Shown in pieces: positions 57,152 to 64,000 of a DNA stretch of 64,000 nt (its first letter is position 1; each line of letters starts with the position of its first letter). The DNA is from an uncultured Candidatus Saccharibacteria bacterium (GTDB taxonomy: Bacteria; Patescibacteriota; Minisyncoccia; UBA6257; UBA9933). Made by a program: the position numbers and the translations under genes. Below the pieces are notes generated by a model that saw only the letters and a program-made list of their open reading frames with translations, had not been told where the DNA came from and did not search any database. The DNA lies in NCBI GenBank assembly GCA_964642155.1, contig CAZXNT010000004.1, forward strand, positions 2,040 to 66,039. The letters run 5' to 3'.

Positions 57152-57194
57152 ATTTATTTAATTATTAAGAAACAAAATTAGTGCGGGGTAAATC

Positions 57195-57232
57195 TGCCTC
57201 CGCCAGCTGGCGGACCGCCACCCGGGCATAAA
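57195..57232 (-). other. tRNA-Leu(TAA) 5'-end-like fragment fused to a ccgccagctggcgg palindromic hairpin
   Basis: minus strand atgcccgggtggcgg (identical to 5' end of tRNA-Leu at 42602) + tccgccagctggcgga hairpin. Confidence 0.4.
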
Positions 57233-57298
57233 TAATTAAAAATAACTGGGCATAACTTAGTTATTGATAATATCAAAATTTTATTTTATAGTAAAGAT

Positions 57299-58339
57299 AT
57301 GGAAGAAAATAATCAATCTCACTTGTCCGCCGAAGCTTTAGCGAAGGCGGGAAATCAAGATTCGTCCCATGACGAGCCGCCTTTTATGCTGCCGTTGACT
57401 GATACGGAAAAATACCATCAACTTGCTCCGCAAATTCAACCGCAGCCGCAGCCAGAACCGCAACCACAACCGCAAATAAATATAAATGATAAAAAATCGT
57501 TTGTTAACAACGCGATTTTTCATATTGAAATAGAAAAAATAAAACCCAATCCTTTCCAACCGCGCAAAACATTTGACGAAGAATCATTAAAAGAACTGGC
57601 AACGTCAATCAGGGAATTCGGCGTTATTCAGCCGATAGTCATCACAAAAATAGAACATGAAATTGAAAATGGAACGCAAGTTGAATATCAGCTTATTGCC
57701 GGAGAAAGGAGATTAATGGCGTCAAAATTAATCGGCCTTGAACGTATACCGGCGATTATTAAAAGAATTGCGCAAGGCGATGGAGCTGTGCAAATGGAAA
57801 TGGCGATTGTGGAGAATCTTCAACGCTCCAGCCTTAATCCCATTGAAACAGCCAGAGCTTATGCCAAACTCCAAGACCAATTCGGATTAACTCAAAGAGA
57901 AATCGCCGCTAAACTTGGTAAAAGCCGCGAAACAATCGCCAACGCGGTCCGGCTTTTGAATTTACCGACGGAAATCCAAGACGCGCTGGCAGACGAAAAA
58001 ATAAACGAAAGCCAAGGAAGATTGCTTTTAACTGTTGATGATTTGGCTCAACAAATTGCGGCCTTCCGGGACTTATTGTCCAATAATTTAAGCGTTCGGG
58101 AATTAAAGAATAAAATTAGGAGAATAACGACTCCAATTGAAGAAAAAACGGAATTATTCGCTGAAAACGCCGCTGTTGACCCGGAAATAAACGATATGCA
58201 GGAAAAATTAATGGAACTTCTCGGCGCTCCGGTAAAAATAGATCCGCCAGTCGGCGGATCCGGCAAAGGAAAAATCGTCATTCAATTCTTTTCTTCTGAA
58301 GAAATTAAAGGAATAATTAATAAGCTGACAAACCAATAA
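57299..58339 (+). CDS. parB: ParB/Spo0J-family chromosome partitioning protein (N-terminal PQ-repeat extension)
   Basis: 346 aa; ParB box IQPIVI...AGERRLMASKLIGL...IPAII; HTH GLTQREIAAKLGKSRETIANAVRLLNLP; PQPQPEPQPQ repeat. Confidence 0.8.
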   Translation: MEENNQSHLSAEALAKAGNQDSSHDEPPFMLPLTDTEKYHQLAPQIQPQPQPEPQPQPQININDKKSFVNNAIFHIEIEKIKPNPFQPRKTFDEESLKELATSIREFGVIQPIVITKIEHEIENGTQVEYQLIAGERRLMASKLIGLERIPAIIKRIAQGDGAVQMEMAIVENLQRSSLNPIETARAYAKLQDQFGLTQREIAAKLGKSRETIANAVRLLNLPTEIQDALADEKINESQGRLLLTVDDLAQQIAAFRDLLSNNLSVRELKNKIRRITTPIEEKTELFAENAAVDPEINDMQEKLMELLGAPVKIDPPVGGSGKGKIVIQFFSSEEIKGIINKLTNQ

Positions 58340-58357
58340 GCTTAAAAGCTGAAAAGT

Positions 58358-60067
58358 TTAAATAATTTTATAGCCGATTTCTTTAATCTCTTTTATCTTT
58401 TTCAATTTTAAAATCAGTTTCTCCGCTTTTTCTTTATTTATTTCGCAATGAATTTTAATTATTGACTGCCCTCTAATGTCGGTAGTGTTGATATTTTGAA
58501 TATTTATATGGCTTCTGGATATTATTGATGAAATATTTTTTATTAAACCTATTTTATCTTCCGCGGTTATTTTGAATTCAACGACATCGGGTTTTTTCTG
58601 CATAAAACTCGGCGTGTTTTTTAACGCCGCTTTAATCCTTTTTTTCGCCATTGGCGTCTTGGCAAATTCAAGCCACGATTGCGATGGCTTCTTGCTTTTT
58701 TGCGTTAAAATTTCAATTAAATCTCCCGATTGTAATTGGTAATCAAGGGGCGCTATCTTGCCGTTGATTCTAACTCCAACGCATTGATTGCCTATGTCGG
58801 TATGAATTACATAAGCAAAATCAACGGGCGTGGCTCCGGCTGGCAAATCAATCACTTCACCTTTTGGGGTAATGGCAAAAATTCTGTCCTTAAGAAAATC
58901 AATTTTTAATGATTGCAAAAATTCTTCCGAGCCTGCTGTTTCTTTTTGCCATTCTTTCAGCTGGTTAATCCAAAACAGTTCTTTTTTCTCGGCGAATATC
59001 GCTTTATTTTTTTGATAGGCTTTACTTCCTTTTGACTGAGCGTAAGCCCAATAAGCGGCAATGCCGTTTTCCGCTTGTTCATGCATTTCAGATGTTCTTA
59101 TTTGAAATTCTGTTGGTCTGTTATTAACGCAAAAAACCGTAGTATGAAGAGAGCGATAGCCGTTCGGTTTCGGCATAGCGATGTAATCCTTGATTTTTCC
59201 GGGCATCGGCGGCCAAAGCTGGTGAATAATGCCTAAAACCGCATAACAATCTTCAACTGTTTTTAAAATAATTCTTAAAGCCATTAAATCGTAAATTTGT
59301 TCTAAATTCATATTCGTTCGGAATAATTTTTTATACAAACTGCTGTATTTTTTGGCGCGAAAATCTATTTTAATGGGCTCAATTTTATGTTTTTCAAGCG
59401 TTTGCTCAATAATTATTTTTACTTTTTCCAGATATTTTTGGCGTTCTTCATAGCGTTCTTTAATATTTTCCAAAAGCCATTTATGTTCTTGCGGATGAAG
59501 ATAGGGGAAAGCTAAATCTTCCAGCTCACCTGCTAAATTTGCCATTCCTAAACGATAGGCGATTGGCGCGTAAATTTCCGAAGTTTCCAAGGCGATTCGT
59601 TTTTGTTTTTGCGGCGGTAAAACAGAAAGCGTTTTTATATTATGCAATCTGTCCGCCAGTTTAATAAATATAACTCGTAAATCCTGACTTAAAGCCAAAA
59701 TCATTTTACGGATATTTTCTGACTGTAAATTAGTTTCATTGTCATCTTGCTGGCGATATTTTATGCGTCCGAGTTTTGTAACGCCATCCACTAAAAAGGC
59801 GATATCTTCTCCAAATTGTTTTTTGATTTCTTCAAGTGAAATTTTTGTATCTTCAACAACGTCATGAAGCAAACCAGCGGCAATTGTCGTCGCATCCATT
59901 TGCCATTCGGATAATTTAAGGGCGGTTTGATAACAATGAGTGAAATAAACTTCTCCAGATCTTCTTTTTTGTCCTTGATGCGCCGCCTTGGCAAAATCAA
60001 AAGCGCGCCTAATAAGTTGCGCTTCTTCTGGCGTAAAAGATTTTTTTATTAAATCCTTGACATCCAT
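58358..60067 (-). CDS. Bifunctional (p)ppGpp synthetase/hydrolase, RelA/SpoT family
   Basis: 569 aa; HD domain HDVVEDT, synthetase block with EFQIRT, TGS and ACT-like C-terminal domains. Confidence 0.85.
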   Translation of the reverse strand: MDVKDLIKKSFTPEEAQLIRRAFDFAKAAHQGQKRRSGEVYFTHCYQTALKLSEWQMDATTIAAGLLHDVVEDTKISLEEIKKQFGEDIAFLVDGVTKLGRIKYRQQDDNETNLQSENIRKMILALSQDLRVIFIKLADRLHNIKTLSVLPPQKQKRIALETSEIYAPIAYRLGMANLAGELEDLAFPYLHPQEHKWLLENIKERYEERQKYLEKVKIIIEQTLEKHKIEPIKIDFRAKKYSSLYKKLFRTNMNLEQIYDLMALRIILKTVEDCYAVLGIIHQLWPPMPGKIKDYIAMPKPNGYRSLHTTVFCVNNRPTEFQIRTSEMHEQAENGIAAYWAYAQSKGSKAYQKNKAIFAEKKELFWINQLKEWQKETAGSEEFLQSLKIDFLKDRIFAITPKGEVIDLPAGATPVDFAYVIHTDIGNQCVGVRINGKIAPLDYQLQSGDLIEILTQKSKKPSQSWLEFAKTPMAKKRIKAALKNTPSFMQKKPDVVEFKITAEDKIGLIKNISSIISRSHINIQNINTTDIRGQSIIKIHCEINKEKAEKLILKLKKIKEIKEIGYKII

Positions 60068-60113
60068 AATGATTATAGTTTAACATATTTACAGAACTTA
60101 TCAATAAATTTAT

Positions 60114-60296
60114 ATGGAGGTGTTTATGTCTAAAGTACAAGACTTTAGTGGTGAAACATGTGAAAATAACGCCGTAGATTATATTTGCACTGAATGTAAA
60201 TATATTCTTAAAAACGGCGAATTAATGGCAAGAGAGATATGCCCTGAATGTAAAGCCATTAATCCCTTTATTATTTTTAATAAATGGCATCATTAA
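60114..60296 (+). CDS. Small zinc-ribbon protein
   Basis: 60 aa; CTEC...CPEC. Confidence 0.3.
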   Translation: MEVFMSKVQDFSGETCENNAVDYICTECKYILKNGELMAREICPECKAINPFIIFNKWHH

Positions 60297-60706
60297 CTAA
60301 TACAGGGTGTAGCGTCAAGGTGACGCATTGCGCAATAACGCAAATAAGCGCCGGCTTCCGAACGGCCGCCATAACTAAAATTTTAAAGGAGGTGTTTATG
60401 ACAGAAAAAGGATTATGTCATAGCAGATTAGAAGAAAAAAATTTTCCCTTTGATAATTTTCTTGACCCTATTCGGCATACGGATAAAAATTATATATCCA
60501 AAAAGCCGTATTTTCCATTAGCAATAGAAAGTAATGATTACAAATGTAAGGGGTGTGACAATATAATTGTCGCCGACCCGCGCGATTTACCTCACCATTG
60601 CTCCGAATGTGGAGCAGAATATTCATATATGTTAGTCCCAGCTTCTAATGAGAGCACAGAGGATATTATTAATATTGACGGCGATTTATATGCCGGCGAA
60701 AATTAA
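60284..60706 (+). CDS. Small zinc-ribbon protein
   Basis: 140 aa; CKGC...CSEC. Confidence 0.3.
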   Translation: MASLTNTGCSVKVTHCAITQISAGFRTAAITKILKEVFMTEKGLCHSRLEEKNFPFDNFLDPIRHTDKNYISKKPYFPLAIESNDYKCKGCDNIIVADPRDLPHHCSECGAEYSYMLVPASNESTEDIINIDGDLYAGEN

Positions 60707-60754
60707 ATTAAGTTATCCAATTATGAAAGTCCCATGCAACGGTATGGGGCTTTT

Positions 60755-63010
60755 TTATTTTTTAAGCGGATTATAATTCTTACAATTTTTATTAGAGCAA
60801 CGTTCCGGTATGGTTTTAGTTCCTTGCATCATTAATCCCGCGCAAGCGGAACAAATATTGCCGGTTGGCCGTGATTTCATAATAAATTTACAGTTCGGAT
60901 AATTGGAGCAGGAATAAAAAGGCCCAAATCTGCCGCGGCGTTCTACAACTTCGCCCGCCATAGCTTTAGCGGAGGCGGGTAAGCCCTTCTCACATTCCGG
61001 GCATTTAACGCCGGTTTTTCGGCGATTTTCTTCTTCAGCGCTGGTTTTTATAAATTTACATTTCGGATAATTAGAACAAGCCACAAATTTGCCAAATCTG
61101 CCTTCGCGCTCTATAAGTTTTCCCGCCTTCGCTAAAGCTTCGGCGGGCAAGCCTTCTTTACATCTCGGGCAAATTTCGCCTGTTTCTTTCGGCTCTTCCA
61201 TTATTGAACCGTCAATTTTGCGCGCGCCGGAACATTCCGGAAATTTCGCGCAGCTTAAAAATTTTCCGTTGCGCGACAATTTTATAACCATTGAGCCCTT
61301 GCAAACAGGACATTTGTATTTTTTATCCGCTTCGCCAAGATTAGTCAGTTTTTCAGTTGTTTTATCTTTTAATTTTACTTCTTTTGAAAACGGTTTGTAA
61401 AAATCGCCGAGCATTTTTTCATATTTTCTTTTTCCTTCGGCTATTTCATCAAGTTCGTTTTCCATTTCTGCGGTGAAAGAATCGCTGATGTATTTGGCAA
61501 AATTTTTTTCAAGAAAAGAACTGACAACATCTCCTGTATCAGTGGGGTGTAAAGTTTTTCCTTCTTTTGAAACATAACCTCGTTCTTGAATTGTTCTGAT
61601 AATTGTCGCATAAGTACTGGGTCTGCCAATTTCCCGTTTTTCAAGCTCTTTAATCAACCCCGCCTCAGTATATCTTGATGGCGGTTCGGTTTGTTTACCT
61701 TCGCTTTCAATGTTAATAAGTTTTAATTTTTCATCTTTATTGATTTTCGGTAATTCCACATCTTCACCTCGCGCCGCGGGGTCAGCCGCTAACCAACCGT
61801 TAAAAAGCACGATACTGCCGGTTGTTGAAAAATTCGGAATCGTTTCTAATTCCTGAATAATATTTGCCGATATTTTTGTTCTTAAAATCTTTGCGTCCGC
61901 CATTTGAGAAGCAATTGTTCTCTGCCAAATAAGCTGATAGAGTTTTTTTTGTTCATCTGCCGCGCCCGCTGATTTTTGGCTGAAATTAGTCGGCCTTATC
62001 GCTTCATGGGCCTCCTGAGCTGTTTTGCTTTTGGAAAAATAAGTCCGCGGTTCAACGTACTCTTTGCCGTATTGTTTTTCTATTGTCGCGTAAATTTGTG
62101 GCAAAGCTTCTTTGCTGACATTTACGCTGTCAGTTCTCATATAAGTGATTAGCCCTTGTTCGTATAATTTTTGCGCAATGGACATTGTGCGCGAAGGGGA
62201 ATAACCCAACCGCGAGCTGGCTGTCTGTTGAAGCGTTGAAGTGATAAACGGCGGCCGTGGCGAACGTTTAATTTCAGTTTGGCTTATATTTGTTATTTTC
62301 CACAAATTTTTTTTACCTGTTTCAATGATGCGTTTGGTCTCTTTTTCGTTTTTCGGCTGTTCGTCGCAAATCAAAATAATTTTATCATTTTTTTCTGTTT
62401 CAAATTCACCGCTTATTACCCAATAATTCTCGGGAATAAAAGCGCGAATTTCACGTTCACGCTCCATTATAATGCGCAAAGCGGGGGATTGAACCCTGCC
62501 CGCCGACAATCCGTAACGGACTTTTTTCCATATCAGACCGCTTAAATCGTATCCGACTAATCTGTCTAAAACTCGCCGCGCTTCCTGCGCTCTTACCAGA
62601 TTCATATCAATGTCGCGCGGATGTTTCATCGCTTCTTCTATGGCTGATTTGGTGATTTCATGAAAAACAACGCGCTGAAATTTAGGATTTAGAATTTTGG
62701 ATTTAGGATTTCCGAAGCCCAAAGCTTCTGTAATGTGCCAGGCGATAGCTTCTCCTTCGCGGTCCGGATCGGTGGCTAATATAATCTCTTTGGCTTTTTG
62801 GGCAAGATTTTTTATTTCAGAAATAATCTTTTCCTTTCCGGGTAAAATTTCATAATGTGGCGTAAAACCGGCCGGAATATCAATGGCTTTTTTATTATTT
62901 TTCGGTAAATCACGAATATGCCCCACGCTGGCGCAAACGACATAATCACCTTCAAGATATTTGGAAATTGTTTTTGTTTTTGTCGGAGACTCTACAATAA
63001 TTAGGTTCAT
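60755..63010 (-). CDS. topA: DNA topoisomerase I with multiple C-terminal zinc ribbons
   Basis: 751 aa; Toprim MNLIIVESPTKTKTISKYL, catalytic Tyr region, four C4 zinc-ribbon repeats. Confidence 0.9.
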   Translation of the reverse strand: MNLIIVESPTKTKTISKYLEGDYVVCASVGHIRDLPKNNKKAIDIPAGFTPHYEILPGKEKIISEIKNLAQKAKEIILATDPDREGEAIAWHITEALGFGNPKSKILNPKFQRVVFHEITKSAIEEAMKHPRDIDMNLVRAQEARRVLDRLVGYDLSGLIWKKVRYGLSAGRVQSPALRIIMEREREIRAFIPENYWVISGEFETEKNDKIILICDEQPKNEKETKRIIETGKKNLWKITNISQTEIKRSPRPPFITSTLQQTASSRLGYSPSRTMSIAQKLYEQGLITYMRTDSVNVSKEALPQIYATIEKQYGKEYVEPRTYFSKSKTAQEAHEAIRPTNFSQKSAGAADEQKKLYQLIWQRTIASQMADAKILRTKISANIIQELETIPNFSTTGSIVLFNGWLAADPAARGEDVELPKINKDEKLKLINIESEGKQTEPPSRYTEAGLIKELEKREIGRPSTYATIIRTIQERGYVSKEGKTLHPTDTGDVVSSFLEKNFAKYISDSFTAEMENELDEIAEGKRKYEKMLGDFYKPFSKEVKLKDKTTEKLTNLGEADKKYKCPVCKGSMVIKLSRNGKFLSCAKFPECSGARKIDGSIMEEPKETGEICPRCKEGLPAEALAKAGKLIEREGRFGKFVACSNYPKCKFIKTSAEEENRRKTGVKCPECEKGLPASAKAMAGEVVERRGRFGPFYSCSNYPNCKFIMKSRPTGNICSACAGLMMQGTKTIPERCSNKNCKNYNPLKK

Positions 63011-63894
63011 AGTGTATATCCGTTTCCCGTTTCTTTTATTATTCCATCAATTATTAAAAAGGCAACGGATTGATTGGCGATATGCGGTTCAAGTTTAGTT
63101 ATTTTTATAATTTCGTCAATGGTAAGCGCCTCACCGGTTTCTTGAATCGCTTTAATAATCAATAATTGATTTTTATCGGTAATATTTTTTAATTTTAAAT
63201 TGTCATTTTTATTTTTGATTTTTAAATTTTGATTTAAATTGAGATCTTCAAAAATGTCTTCTATTGATGCGACCAACCGCGCCCCGTCTCTCATTAATTG
63301 ATGCGAACCGCGATAATTTGGATTATCAATAGAACCGGGAACAACAAGAACTTCCCGGCCTTGTTCGGCTGCCAATCGCGCGGTAACAAGCGAACCGGAA
63401 CGTTCCGGAGCTTCAATAACAATAGTGGCGATACTTAAACCACTCACAATGCGATTACGTTCAAGAAAATTGCCTTTAAACGCTTCTGTCCCCGCGGGAT
63501 ATTCCGAAATAATCGCGCCGCCGAGTTCTATAATTTTTTTCGCCAAATTTTCATTTTGCGCCGGATAAATCTTATCCAATCCGTTCGCTAAAACAGCAAT
63601 TGTTTTTCCGCCGGCTAAAACCGCGCCTTCGTGAGCCGCCGTATCAATCCCCATAGCAAGGCCGCTTACTACAATAACTCCCAATTCCGTTAATTTCCGT
63701 GCCAATTCTTTGGCAAACCTGCGGCCCGCGGCGCCGGCTTTTCGCGTGCCAACAATGGCGATTTTGGAAATTTCATCATTCGGTAATTCTCCCATTAAAT
63801 AAAACATTTTTGGCGCTCCGGAAATCTCTTTAAGCAAAGAAGGGTATTCGGCATCCGTGATTTTCACAGTGTTGATTTTAAGATTTTTTTGCAT
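63007..63894 (-). CDS. dprA: DNA processing protein DprA (Smf)
   Basis: 295 aa; Rossmann-like AIVGTRKAGAAGRRFAKELARKL...GLAMGIDTAAH; 4-nt overlap with topA. Confidence 0.85.
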   Translation of the reverse strand: MQKNLKINTVKITDAEYPSLLKEISGAPKMFYLMGELPNDEISKIAIVGTRKAGAAGRRFAKELARKLTELGVIVVSGLAMGIDTAAHEGAVLAGGKTIAVLANGLDKIYPAQNENLAKKIIELGGAIISEYPAGTEAFKGNFLERNRIVSGLSIATIVIEAPERSGSLVTARLAAEQGREVLVVPGSIDNPNYRGSHQLMRDGARLVASIEDIFEDLNLNQNLKIKNKNDNLKLKNITDKNQLLIIKAIQETGEALTIDEIIKITKLEPHIANQSVAFLIIDGIIKETGNGYTL

Positions 63895-64000
63895 TATTAT
63901 AATTATATGAAAAAACAGTTAATTTTAACAGCGGGCTTGGGAGCGCTGATAATTTTAATTTTAGGCGCGGTTCTAATTATATTAAGAGCGGATATTTTAA

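Noticed and set aside
56932-57168. ORF 56932..57168(+) and minus-strand ORFs 55513..56265 overlapping dnaJ
   Set aside because: The first lies across tRNA-Leu(CAA) and tRNA-fragment hairpins. The others are antisense to the well-supported dnaJ gene.
1-64000. CRISPR array
   Set aside because: No run of 3 or more regularly spaced direct repeats of 24-48 bp with unique spacers was seen. The repeats found are tRNA-derived, palindromic operators, or long inverted repeats.

Overview
This 64 kb window is a low-GC (roughly 35%), gene-dense bacterial chromosome segment with a CPR/Patescibacteria-like character (short-form IF-2, type IV pilin-like protein, many small membrane proteins, a GH57/GlgA glycogen module). 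TGA is a normal stop here, for example at the ftsW/murG overlap.

Housekeeping genes are confidently recognisable from motifs. In coordinate order: ftsW-murG, efp, a CcdA plus thioredoxin-like pair, an ABC-F ATPase, a VanY-like peptidase, glgA plus GH57, cspA, a pseudouridine synthase, a P-type ATPase, znuC/znuB-like transporter genes, infB, rplU, recR, dnaB, cysS, grpE-dnaK-dnaJ, parB, relA/spoT, topA and dprA. I called about 11 tRNA genes by hand-folding: fMet, Met/Ile2, Ala, Ser-TGA, Leu-TAA, Cys, Ser-GCT, Arg, Lys, Leu-CAA.

The most striking region is about 38.0-43.1 kb. Two nested pairs of long, near-identical inverted repeats (about 265 bp and about 98 bp) sit beside tRNA-Leu(TAA). One pair brackets a cargo operon (an XRE regulator plus a secreted DUF5667/DKNYY-repeat protein). 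The other pair brackets a higher-GC large serine recombinase, and its outer end coincides exactly with the tRNA-Leu 3' end. The adjacent tRNA-Cys locus is disrupted by a GIY-YIG endonuclease gene with a duplicated, intron-like 5' tRNA half. I read this as a candidate invertible (phase-variable) or tRNA-targeted mobile recombination module.

Other notable items:
- Tandem decaying copies of the 5' half of tRNA-fMet upstream of the real gene.
- A cluster of tRNA-Lys and tRNA-Leu 5' fragments fused to GC hairpins near 56.2-57.2 kb.
- An accessory islet after tRNA-Ala/Ser (7.9-11.9 kb) with a T5orf172 protein, an IMPase pseudogene and two ArsR-family regulators. Perfect 30-bp palindromes and a repeated 40-60 bp motif there recur 7 kb away, upstream of a secreted 28-cysteine repeat protein.
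- A frameshifted SNF2 helicase-methyltransferase fusion in an operon with an AlkD-like glycosylase.
- An inverted-repeat-bounded insert between znuC and znuB, and a GC-anomalous 300-bp segment.
- No CRISPR array was seen.
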